Positions 1-8,151 of a stretch of DNA of 14,881 bases are shown here, piece after piece (positions within the stretch are counted from its first letter, which is position 1; every line of letters begins with the position of its first letter). This stretch comes from Candidatus Heimdallarchaeota archaeon. GTDB lineage: Archaea > Asgardarchaeota > Heimdallarchaeia > Heimdallarchaeales > Heimdallarchaeaceae. The notes beneath the pieces were generated by a model. The model saw nothing but the letters and a program-made list of their open reading frames with translations. It was not told the origin of the DNA and made no database searches. The DNA is taken from contig JAAFKI010000097.1 of the NCBI GenBank assembly GCA_021399345.1, positions 1 to 14,881 on the forward strand, given 5' to 3'. The position numbers and the translations under genes are program-made.

Positions 1-123
1 GAAGAAGTAGATAAGCTCTTGAAGAAATATTCAGGTAGTTCTTTAGATAAAGAGAATATTTCTAGTCTGATAAACATAATGAGTTACAAGGATATAGATT
101 TTAGAAAGTTACTAGGGATTTAA
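1..123 (+). CDS. 3' end of a CDS truncated by the window edge (hypothetical protein)
   Basis: Frame 1 is open from base 1 to TAA at 121-123: EEVDKLLKKYSGSSLDKENISSLINIMSYKDIDFRKLLGI*. Composition is protein-like but too short to assign a family. Confidence 0.7.
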   Translation, partial: EEVDKLLKKYSGSSLDKENISSLINIMSYKDIDFRKLLGI

Positions 124-151
124 TGCCGACATTGAAATTGTAATGTTTCCA

Positions 152-167
152 GTAAATGTTTTATATG
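152..167 (+). promoter_or_regulatory. Putative archaeal BRE/TATA promoter of the beta-helix gene
   Basis: gtaaatgTTTTATATg, with TATAT ending at 166, 32 bp before ATG 198. Confidence 0.55.
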
Positions 168-197
168 ACAGTCTACCTAATACTTTCTTGTGATTAG

Positions 198-2075
198 ATG
201 AATAAAAGAATAAAAAGAAACAATATGCTAGGAATTTTTTCTCTTATTATACTACTAACAACTACTTTCTCAATGGTAAGTGTTAGTTCGACTCAACAGG
301 TTCCACAGGAGAATTTCAGGCGTTTAAACTATACAACAAGTGATCCCCTTTACATAACAAATGATTCAGATCTTGCAGGAAATGCTTCTGATGGAGACGG
401 GTCAGCAAGCACACCTTATGTTATTGAAGGACTGAGTATAATTACAGGAGATTCTAATGCCATATATATTACTGGGACAACAGTTAACTTCACTATAAGA
501 GATTGTTACCTCGTAGGATCAAATAAAGGTATCTGGATCGAGATGGCTCCATCAAACTCTGTCGAAATTAGTAATAACATAGTAAGTGGAAATAATATAG
601 GAATAAGAGTAGATTATGCTGATTATACTAATATTACCGATAACATTTGTCAAAACAGTGGAGAGGGTATATATCTGCAAGTTTCAGACTATGCTTACCT
701 TGAGAATAACACTTGTTTTGGTGGTGATTATGGCATTAGCACGTGGACAAGCTCACATTGTACCTTTGTTGACAACATATTATACTCAAATTCATATAAC
801 GGGTTATACGTGGCTGAGAACAGCAATTACAACAATATAACTTACAATAAGTGTTATAGCAATGGTAGAGAAGGTATTTACCTTTCTAATTCAATGCTTA
901 GTTCAGTTACACATAATGAATGTTATCTAAACAACTATAATGGAATTTACGTTTTGTCTGGAAGCCTGAACTCTTTTGAAAATAATTATTTACATAACAA
1001 TAACAGAGACGGAATTAAAATTACGAGTTCAGATTCTAACATAGTTGCAAACAATACTCTATATGATAATGACTGGTATGGTATAAATAACAACTATGCT
1101 ACATCTACATCTATATTAGATAATAATGCCACTAAAGATGGTTTTGGGATCTTCGCAGGTAGTCAAGGGGTTTATGATGGGTTATCTGTAGGTGGTAATA
1201 CAGTCAATGGTAAACCTTTAGGTTACATAAATGGATTAGGGGAAGCTACTTTGGCAGCAAATGTTTATGGACAGCTAATCCTTGTATTTTGTGATGGAAC
1301 AATAGTTAAGGATGAGACTATTGCAGATACTAGCATTGCTTTAATTATGGTTGGTTGTGAAAATGTTACAGTTGACAATTGTAACTTTGACAATAATAAC
1401 TTTGGTAGTATTCGTCTTGACAATTCTATGGAGACTACAATTCAAAACACCAAATGTAGTTACAATGAGGAATATGGAGGAGTTTACAGTCTTGGAGCAA
1501 CCAATACCTCAATCTATAATGTTACTGCTAACCATAATCAATTTGGTATTTTCTTAATGGGTGCTACAGTCTTTAACGTATCTCATTGTACAGTAATGTC
1601 CAATTCTTGGTATAATACTCGTTTTCAAGGAGCTGTTGCTGGAAACATTAGATACAATACAATTAGTAGTAGTTTAGACGAGGGGATACTTCTCTATGAT
1701 TGTGACTACACAAATATCTCTCATAATCTCTTCGAAAATAATTTTGGCTATGCTATATATTCAGATAGCGGTTCTATGTTTAATTGGATTCACCATAATG
1801 CTTTCATTAACAATAATCAAGGAGATACTCAAGCTTATGATGAATCATTACTCAACATGTGGGAAGATCCGTGGAATATGGAAGGAAATTATTGGGATGA
1901 CTGGGTAAGTGGAAACTATACTTTAGATGGTATAGGAAATGCAAATGATTCCTATCCATTAGGAGATATTCCTCCAGGTGTAATTATATCAGAATTTAAC
2001 CAATTCTCACTTTTGATTTTCTTACTTCCTTTAGCCTTTACGTCTGTGGTAATCATCAGAAAACGAAAGAGATAA
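198..2075 (+). CDS. Secreted right-handed parallel beta-helix (NosD/CASH, pectin-lyase-like fold) cell-surface protein with C-terminal sorting/anchor signal
   Basis: Basic-then-hydrophobic signal peptide. Many G-I-x-L/I...N-N-x-I-x-x-N PbH1 repeats. Archaeal NosD-type motifs GDGSASTPYVIEGL, NTVNGKPLGY and GNYWDDW...DSYPL. At least 15 N-x-S/T sequons. C-terminus is SEF + hydrophobic helix + RKRKR. Confidence 0.9.
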   Translation: MNKRIKRNNMLGIFSLIILLTTTFSMVSVSSTQQVPQENFRRLNYTTSDPLYITNDSDLAGNASDGDGSASTPYVIEGLSIITGDSNAIYITGTTVNFTIRDCYLVGSNKGIWIEMAPSNSVEISNNIVSGNNIGIRVDYADYTNITDNICQNSGEGIYLQVSDYAYLENNTCFGGDYGISTWTSSHCTFVDNILYSNSYNGLYVAENSNYNNITYNKCYSNGREGIYLSNSMLSSVTHNECYLNNYNGIYVLSGSLNSFENNYLHNNNRDGIKITSSDSNIVANNTLYDNDWYGINNNYATSTSILDNNATKDGFGIFAGSQGVYDGLSVGGNTVNGKPLGYINGLGEATLAANVYGQLILVFCDGTIVKDETIADTSIALIMVGCENVTVDNCNFDNNNFGSIRLDNSMETTIQNTKCSYNEEYGGVYSLGATNTSIYNVTANHNQFGIFLMGATVFNVSHCTVMSNSWYNTRFQGAVAGNIRYNTISSSLDEGILLYDCDYTNISHNLFENNFGYAIYSDSGSMFNWIHHNAFINNNQGDTQAYDESLLNMWEDPWNMEGNYWDDWVSGNYTLDGIGNANDSYPLGDIPPGVIISEFNQFSLLIFLLPLAFTSVVIIRKRKR

Positions 2076-2080
2076 TCCAC

Positions 2081-2108
2081 TTTCATTTCTTTTTTTACTT
2101 TTTTTATT
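2081..2108 (+). terminator. Archaeal oligo-T intrinsic terminator after the beta-helix gene
   Basis: tttcatttctttttttactttttttatt directly follows the stop at 2075 and contains two runs of 7 T. Confidence 0.65.
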
Positions 2109-2116
2109 GTATAATA

Positions 2117-2133
2117 GTAATTTACATATATAG
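2117..2133 (+). promoter_or_regulatory. Putative archaeal BRE/TATA promoter of the amidohydrolase gene
   Basis: gtaatttacaTATATAg, with TATAT ending at 2131, 33 bp before GTG 2164. Same GTAA-N6-TATAT layout as 152-166. Confidence 0.45.
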
Positions 2134-2163
2134 ATGTACTTTCATAATGCTTGAGGCCTTTCT

Positions 2164-3159
2164 GTGAACCAAGAATATGTTGCTAATAACATGCATCCCT
2201 TCTTTGCTACTATGACTAGAAAATATACTGGTCCAGTTTTTGATGCTCATACACATCTAGGCAAGGTTGAAGACGTAAGAACTATGGTCAAATATGAAGA
2301 GGAGTTCAATGTCAAGAAAATCTTTGGAATTGTTAGGGACACAAAAAGTAGGGATGAAATAGAAAAAGAATTTCCAGACATCTTTGTTTATTCAATCTTC
2401 CTTTCCATAAGAGAAGCTTTACAAGATAACCTCAAGGGCTCTCTTGACCATCTTGACAAAGCTTATGAAGATGGTTTCAATATTGGAAAACTCTGGTTTT
2501 CTCCAAGATGGGTTAACTATTTCAAATCAGAAGATTTGAAAATAGATTTTCGTACTCAAGATGTTCACTTGAATGACCCCAAATTAGAACCTCTTTTCAC
2601 CAAGTTAGAAGATCTTCGATTTACCTTACTTCTTCATGTTAGTGATCCAGATTTACTCTATGAGAAAAACTATCAGCCTGCAAGCAAATTTGGTGTTAAG
2701 AAAGATCATATTAATGCGTTAAAAAATATACTAGAGAAGTATCCTAAGCTAAGAATTGTCGGAGCACATTTAGCTTCGCAACCTGAAAATCTACCACTAC
2801 TAGACTCATGGCTAGATAAATTTCCAAATCTCTTTGTAGATACTGGATCAGCAAAATGGATGGTTAGAGAATTTGCACATAAACGAAATGAAGTTATAAA
2901 ATTCTTCAAAAAACATAAGGATAGAATCATGTTTGGAACAGATTTTGTTGCAGGAAGAACAGATAGAGAACCTATTCCAGGATATTATATTAACCGTTTA
3001 CTTAGTTTCCAAGCTTTGTTTGAAACCGATGTAGAAGGACTACCCTTTCCGATTCCTGATCCTGAGAATAACAATGAAACAAAGATTTTTGGTTTGGATT
3101 TTTCACAAGAAATACTCAAAAAAATCTACTGGGAAAATGCTAACAAAATATATCTCTAA
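2164..3159 (+). CDS. Amidohydrolase superfamily protein (Amidohydro_2, TIM-barrel metal-dependent hydrolase), substrate unknown
   Basis: FDAHTH (DxHxH metal motif), GKLW, LLHVSD, GAHL, FVDTGS, IMFGTDF and C-terminal KKIYWENA. GTG start, with alternative ATGs at 2191 and 2212. Confidence 0.9.
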   Translation: MNQEYVANNMHPFFATMTRKYTGPVFDAHTHLGKVEDVRTMVKYEEEFNVKKIFGIVRDTKSRDEIEKEFPDIFVYSIFLSIREALQDNLKGSLDHLDKAYEDGFNIGKLWFSPRWVNYFKSEDLKIDFRTQDVHLNDPKLEPLFTKLEDLRFTLLLHVSDPDLLYEKNYQPASKFGVKKDHINALKNILEKYPKLRIVGAHLASQPENLPLLDSWLDKFPNLFVDTGSAKWMVREFAHKRNEVIKFFKKHKDRIMFGTDFVAGRTDREPIPGYYINRLLSFQALFETDVEGLPFPIPDPENNNETKIFGLDFSQEILKKIYWENANKIYL

Positions 3160-3165
3160 GCAGAA

Positions 3166-4983
3166 TTAAACAAGTTCAGCTGCTTGTTCAACATATTCAA
3201 GAGATTGATGTCTGAAATACATATCATAAAGTTGCCAATATTTACCCTTCTTATCCATTAACTGCTGATGGCTACCTTCTTCAACGATTTGAGCGTCATC
3301 AATGACTATAATTCTATCAGCATTCTCTACAGTGGTTAAACGATGAGCAATAATAATTGCAGTTCTATTTTTGAGTAAAACTTTCAGGGCTTCTTGAATA
3401 AGAGATTCAGTATAAGCATCTATTGCAGCTGTAGCTTCATCTAAAATAAGAATTCTGGGGTCTGATAACAATGCTCGAGCAAAAGCAACAAGTTGTTTTT
3501 GTCCAGCGGATAATTTTGTCCCTTTTTCTCCTACTTCTGTATCTAATCCTTGAGGTAAACTCTGAATAAACTCCCAAGCATGAACACTCTTTGCTGCTTT
3601 TTCTATCTCTTCTCTTGTTGCATCTAGCTTTCCATAACGGATATTTTCTTCTATTGAACCGCTGAAAAGGATATTGTCTTGCAGAACTATTCCTATTTGA
3701 TTTCTGTAGTCTTGCATGACGTATTTTCGAATGTCTGTACCATCTACTATAATCGATCCTTCTACAACATCATAAAAACGAGCAATTAAGGAAACTAAAG
3801 TACTTTTTCCAGCACCTGTTCTTCCAGCAATGGCAACAGTCTCTGCTGATGGAATTGATAGAGTGAAATCTTTGTATAACGGTTCTGTTTCATTATAGTA
3901 GAAGGTTATATTTTTGAAATCAATTTTACCAGTAAGTTTTGGAACAGGTAAAGGATTAGGATCTTCGACAACTTTCGGTTTACTATCCATCAAGCTAAAA
4001 ATCCGTTCTACTGCAGCCAAACCTGCTTCAAATTGGTTGAAGAATCGAGTAATTTCCAGCAAAGGCATGAAGAATCTGTTTAACATTAAAATAAAGAAAT
4101 AGAGTGTAGCAACGGTTAAATCACCTATTTGGAAAGTTATTCTTCCTCCAAAGTAAAGTACCAAGAAAGTTCCAACTCCAAATAATGTTTCAATTATTGG
4201 GAAGAAAATACTCATGCCCCAAGCTCTTACATATGCTGCACGATAATTCCTCATATTAATTCCTTTGAATCTTTCAAAAGCGTCTTTTTCTTGGTTAAAG
4301 CTTTTTGTTACTTCAATACCAGATATTGATTCTGCAACATTTGCATTGAGAATAGCAATAGTTTTTCTCCAATTCTTTGATGTTTTTCTTGAGAAAAGTC
4401 TGATTCCAATTCCTAGACCAAAAAGGATTGGTACAACTGCTAATGTAATTCCTGCAAGTCTAACATCAGTGACAAACAATATGATAATAACAACTAACAT
4501 TACTAGTATGTTAATAAGGAAGGAAGTAGTTATTTGAACCATTTGGGAAATCGTATCAGAATCATTTGTTACCCGACTTACTAGTTTCCCACTTTTGTTT
4601 TCATCATAGAAATTCATATCATTACTAAGTAGTGTTTCAAAACTATCTTTTCTTACTCTTCTTAGCATTTCTCCAGTTAATATTGAACTTTTGTAAAGTG
4701 CTCTATATTGAGCATACCAAAACAGACCATATAGAACTATTACTGCAGCTGTTTCAACATAAAAAATAACGTTGAAATCGCCATCTTGTACTCCTTCAAT
4801 TATAAATTTTATGAAAAATGGAATTCCTATAGTTGCACCTGTTTGAAGAATCATCCATGCTAGAACTGTACTGAAAGTTTTCATGTCATGCTTAGCAATG
4901 TAACCAAATAATCGCTTGAACAGATAGATATCGCCATATTTTCTATCGTATTTGTCATCTGGTAATTCTTGTATAAATCCCAT
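3166..4983 (-). CDS. ABC exporter ATP-binding/permease subunit B (type IV, MdlB/TM288-like; supplies the catalytic Glu)
   Basis: 6-TM domain plus NBD: Walker A GRTGAGKST, Q-loop VLQD, signature LSAGQ, Walker B ILILDE, switch IAHRL. The ORF track starts at 5001, but ATG 4983 is preferred because GAGGGTGA (4999-4992) lies 8 nt upstream. Confidence 0.93.
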   Translation of the reverse strand: MGFIQELPDDKYDRKYGDIYLFKRLFGYIAKHDMKTFSTVLAWMILQTGATIGIPFFIKFIIEGVQDGDFNVIFYVETAAVIVLYGLFWYAQYRALYKSSILTGEMLRRVRKDSFETLLSNDMNFYDENKSGKLVSRVTNDSDTISQMVQITTSFLINILVMLVVIIILFVTDVRLAGITLAVVPILFGLGIGIRLFSRKTSKNWRKTIAILNANVAESISGIEVTKSFNQEKDAFERFKGINMRNYRAAYVRAWGMSIFFPIIETLFGVGTFLVLYFGGRITFQIGDLTVATLYFFILMLNRFFMPLLEITRFFNQFEAGLAAVERIFSLMDSKPKVVEDPNPLPVPKLTGKIDFKNITFYYNETEPLYKDFTLSIPSAETVAIAGRTGAGKSTLVSLIARFYDVVEGSIIVDGTDIRKYVMQDYRNQIGIVLQDNILFSGSIEENIRYGKLDATREEIEKAAKSVHAWEFIQSLPQGLDTEVGEKGTKLSAGQKQLVAFARALLSDPRILILDEATAAIDAYTESLIQEALKVLLKNRTAIIIAHRLTTVENADRIIVIDDAQIVEEGSHQQLMDKKGKYWQLYDMYFRHQSLEYVEQAAELV

Positions 4984-4987
4984 CGCT

Positions 4988-6910
4988 TCATTCACCCTCA
5001 TATAGTTCAGTTTTCATTTGCTCGGGCATCATTTTTCGTATTTCAGAGAATCTGGCAAAAACTCTCCAGTAATCTACAGATTCCTTCAACAATTGATCAT
5101 GAGAACCTATTGCTTTAACTTCTCCTTGCTTTAAAACAACGATAATGTCTGAATGTCTTATTGTTGATAATCTATGAGTGATAATGAAGCTAGTTCGATC
5201 TTTCAATACCCTATTAATAGCAGTATTGATCTTATCTTCAGTTTCGGAATCTACAGCTGAACTAGCATCGTCAAAAACAAGTATCTTTGGATTAGCAAGC
5301 AACATTCGAGCAATTGCTACTCGTTGTTTTTGCCCTCCACTAAGTGTCGTACCTCTTTCACCTACAATAGTATCGTAACCTTGATCGAATTTCTCAATAA
5401 ATTCTTCAGCTTGAGCCATTCTAGCAGCTTGAAATATTTCATCATCAGTTGCATCAGGTTTCCCATATGAAATATTTTCTTTAATTGTGGCTGAAAATAA
5501 CACAATATCTTGTTCAATAACGCCAATGTTTTGTCTTATAGTATCAAAAGACAACTGCTTAACATTTATGCCATCAATTTCTACACTGCCAGATTCTACA
5601 TCATATAATCTTGTTAGAAGCTTCATTAACGTAGTTTTACCACACCCCGCAGGTCCTACAACCGCAACTCTACTGCCTGAAGGAACGGAAAAAGATACGT
5701 TCTTCAAAACTTTTGTTTCGCCTTCATAAGCAAAAGTTAGATCTTTAAATTCTATATTTCCATTTAGTGATTCTAGCTCAATGGGTTGCTCAGGTGCAGG
5801 GATAATCGCCTCTTTAGTTAGAATGTCGACAATCCTATCAGCTCCAGCAAATCCCATTTGAACAAGAACCAACATCCACGACATCACCCAAATTGGAAAG
5901 AAGAGATTTCCTGCTAAAAGAGAATAAGTTATCAATTCTCCGATACCAAATCCTGATACAGATCCCCCTCCAGCTAATAAAATTTCTTGATTCCATAAAA
6001 CTGAAGTAACAGGATTTCCTATACCCCAATTTATTAGTAAACTCCCCCAAAGAATAGAGAGACCAACGCCCATACCAACAAACAATACAGGATAATATTT
6101 TGATCTTAATTTTCCTCTTGTAATAATTTCTTCTGATAGCTTATCATTTTTTTCTCTGAATGAAACTCTTTCGAATGGTTCTCTAGCAAATGTTTTGATA
6201 ACACTAATTCCTAGTAATTTCTCCTGTAAATAAGCAGAAAGACTAGAGTAGGATGCTTGTATCTGTATTGATATTGGACCTACTGATTTGTAAAATCTTC
6301 TAGCGAAAAAGAAAATTGGGAAGGCAATGATTATCGGTATAATAATGAGAACTGGAAGACCATTCCAATAAGGAGTTATGAAGAACATTGTTCCTATCGT
6401 AAATAAAACCCCAAAAATTGCAGCATATGCTAAATGAATTACTGGATTGACAAAGAAATTTACCATTCTAGTATCAAAGGTAGCCCTTGCCATAACATCA
6501 CCTGCTTTAACTTCATCATGGAAGGTCATTGATTTAGATAACATAGAGGCATAATATTCATCTCTAATATCTCTTTCAACCCTTTGAGATGTTACTTCAA
6601 TAATTAAACCAGAAGCAAAGCTAGCAATACCACTTATTATTGTTAATATTAGAATTATAAACGCGAAAAATGTGATTCGATCCCAAATTCCAAAAGGATC
6701 CAAAATTTCTGTAATTAATTTTCCAAGTATAACTGGAGAAATAGAGGCTATTGCTGCGCTTATTGTAGCAAATAGAAAGAATAAAGCAATCATACCTTTA
6801 TGGGCTAGAACATGACTGATTACCCACTTCAAATGGCTTTTTTTGCTATACTTAACCATAACTGGGTCAAAAAACTCGCCAGTAAGAAGGTCTGAGTTAT
6901 TTTCAATCAT
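4988..6910 (-). CDS. ABC exporter ATP-binding/permease subunit A (type IV, MdlA/TM287-like; degenerate Walker B)
   Basis: 6-TM domain plus NBD: Walker A GPAGCGKTT, signature LSGGQKQR, Walker B ILVFDD (Asp instead of Glu), ITHRL. Its stop lies next to the partner gene's start. Confidence 0.93.
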   Translation of the reverse strand: MIENNSDLLTGEFFDPVMVKYSKKSHLKWVISHVLAHKGMIALFFLFATISAAIASISPVILGKLITEILDPFGIWDRITFFAFIILILTIISGIASFASGLIIEVTSQRVERDIRDEYYASMLSKSMTFHDEVKAGDVMARATFDTRMVNFFVNPVIHLAYAAIFGVLFTIGTMFFITPYWNGLPVLIIIPIIIAFPIFFFARRFYKSVGPISIQIQASYSSLSAYLQEKLLGISVIKTFAREPFERVSFREKNDKLSEEIITRGKLRSKYYPVLFVGMGVGLSILWGSLLINWGIGNPVTSVLWNQEILLAGGGSVSGFGIGELITYSLLAGNLFFPIWVMSWMLVLVQMGFAGADRIVDILTKEAIIPAPEQPIELESLNGNIEFKDLTFAYEGETKVLKNVSFSVPSGSRVAVVGPAGCGKTTLMKLLTRLYDVESGSVEIDGINVKQLSFDTIRQNIGVIEQDIVLFSATIKENISYGKPDATDDEIFQAARMAQAEEFIEKFDQGYDTIVGERGTTLSGGQKQRVAIARMLLANPKILVFDDASSAVDSETEDKINTAINRVLKDRTSFIITHRLSTIRHSDIIVVLKQGEVKAIGSHDQLLKESVDYWRVFARFSEIRKMMPEQMKTELYEGE

Positions 6911-6943
6911 TCTGTCCCACTCTGTTTCAGATATTATTTTTGG

Positions 6944-6953
6944 TTATATAAAG
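6944..6953 (-). promoter_or_regulatory. Putative archaeal TATA box of the ABC exporter operon
   Basis: Minus-strand cTTTATATAa, about 34 bp upstream of ATG 6910. Confidence 0.6.
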
Positions 6954-7002
6954 CGCCATATTTAACAATAAGGATTAGAGATTTTATACCAAGCAAACTC
7001 AA

Positions 7003-8001
7003 TTATAAAACTAATCTGATTTCAATAATTCCCCCAATCATTTCTAGAGAAACTACACCAGGTCCAACTAATTTTAACGGGGCATCATTTCCTCCTAGAA
7101 AGACCGCATTTTTCTCAGCAGCTAATATAAAACTATCATTTCTTGCTATGTCTCCTGCATCCAAATTAACAGTTTCACCTAAAGAATTCTTGAGAATAAT
7201 ATTATAACCAGATGCTGCAAGCGTGTCATTAAAGGAATCAGTAGCACCTCCATCAATTATTGCAATTATTCTCCATAAAGCTAAGCCTTCGTATGTGTTA
7301 AATCTATCTCCTTCTTGTACTTGGTAAAACAATCTATTTTCTCCTTCATTGAAATGCATAAACGCTTCAAAGGTAGGCTTATCTATACTATCGTTAGTTA
7401 TTCCATACAAATAAACAATCCATGAACTCAGAGTTATAACATTAAGTTCTACTACATCTTTCACCCATGGTGAACCATCAGATAGATACATTTCTCCGTC
7501 CTCAGCTACAGCAGCGATTCTTAGTTTTCCATCTCCTGGAGCTAAGCTCCCCCCATCCATTTCATATGCTAATATAATACTGAAATTTCCTACGCCTAAG
7601 TAATCTCCAGTAGTACTATCATAAGCAGGAAAATGTCCTTGAAGCATATCATATGTAAAAATGACTTTATAATTATCACTAGATACAATCTCAAGCTCCT
7701 CTCCACCAGCTAACCCCCCTACATCATTTAGAAGAGTTGATATTTCCACACCTTTGTAGAGATTTGGTCCTACTAGTGTGCCAGTGGATTTTCTATAACC
7801 AGCATATCCTGTAATATTAGCAAAATCCCTGATTTCAGTTATTGTATAATTCTTTGTAGAACTTGATCCTTGGAGAGTCAAAACAACATTTGTATCAGGA
7901 GTCTGCTCATAAAACGCACCAAAATATATCCCTAAACCAGCTCCAGTAAGAATTAAAACTGAAATTATACCAATAAAAATTGTGCTGACTTTGCTACTCA
8001 T
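7003..8001 (-). CDS. Membrane-anchored extracytoplasmic protein with two tandem molybdopterin-oxidoreductase-like (Oxidored_molyb / sulfite oxidase fold) domains, no cysteine
   Basis: N-terminal TM helix. Domain 1 motifs YKGVEISTLL, SSDNY, IILAYEMDG, GKLRI, WVKDVVEL. Domain 2 equivalents YEGLALWRII, FILAAEKN, PLKLVG, MIGGIIEI. The ORF track starts at 8019; ATG 8001 is preferred from TATA spacing. Confidence 0.78.
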   Translation of the reverse strand: MSSKVSTIFIGIISVLILTGAGLGIYFGAFYEQTPDTNVVLTLQGSSSTKNYTITEIRDFANITGYAGYRKSTGTLVGPNLYKGVEISTLLNDVGGLAGGEELEIVSSDNYKVIFTYDMLQGHFPAYDSTTGDYLGVGNFSIILAYEMDGGSLAPGDGKLRIAAVAEDGEMYLSDGSPWVKDVVELNVITLSSWIVYLYGITNDSIDKPTFEAFMHFNEGENRLFYQVQEGDRFNTYEGLALWRIIAIIDGGATDSFNDTLAASGYNIILKNSLGETVNLDAGDIARNDSFILAAEKNAVFLGGNDAPLKLVGPGVVSLEMIGGIIEIRLVL

Positions 8002-8023
8002 GAGTAAATTTATCTGCATCCAT

Positions 8024-8040
8024 GATATAAATTTTATTAA
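8024..8040 (-). promoter_or_regulatory. Putative BRE/TATA promoter giving a leaderless transcript for the Oxidored_molyb-like gene
   Basis: Minus-strand ttaataaaaTTTATATc. The TATA box ends 24 bp upstream of ATG 8001. Confidence 0.55.
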
Positions 8041-8151
8041 CTGACAATACTTTGGTTAATAAATTAATAGACAAAGAAATTGAATAGAAATATCATTTTC
8101 TTACAATTAAACGCAAAACAATAAAAAGAGAATTTAGAAGGAATATACAAG

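Noticed and set aside
616-1908. Short +strand alternative-frame ORFs 616-840, 1351-1557 and 1696-1908
   Set aside because: They lie inside the beta-helix CDS. Their Ile/Thr/Leu/Met richness is the expected shifted-frame reading of Asn/Tyr/Asp codons.
198-2075. Calling the gene nosD (nitrous oxide reductase maturation)
   Set aside because: Only the fold is shared. There is no nosZ/F/Y/L context, and the protein has a surface-anchoring tail.
2706-6050. Short ORFs 2706-2930, 3914-4102, 4265-4537, 5178-5378, 5487-5729 and 5838-6050
   Set aside because: Antisense or off-frame shadows of well-supported amidohydrolase and ABC genes, with no motifs or expression signals.
7003-8001. Calling the gene an active sulfite oxidase or msrP
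   Set aside because: No Mo-ligating Cys, no Tat signal and no adjacent heme partner such as MsrQ.
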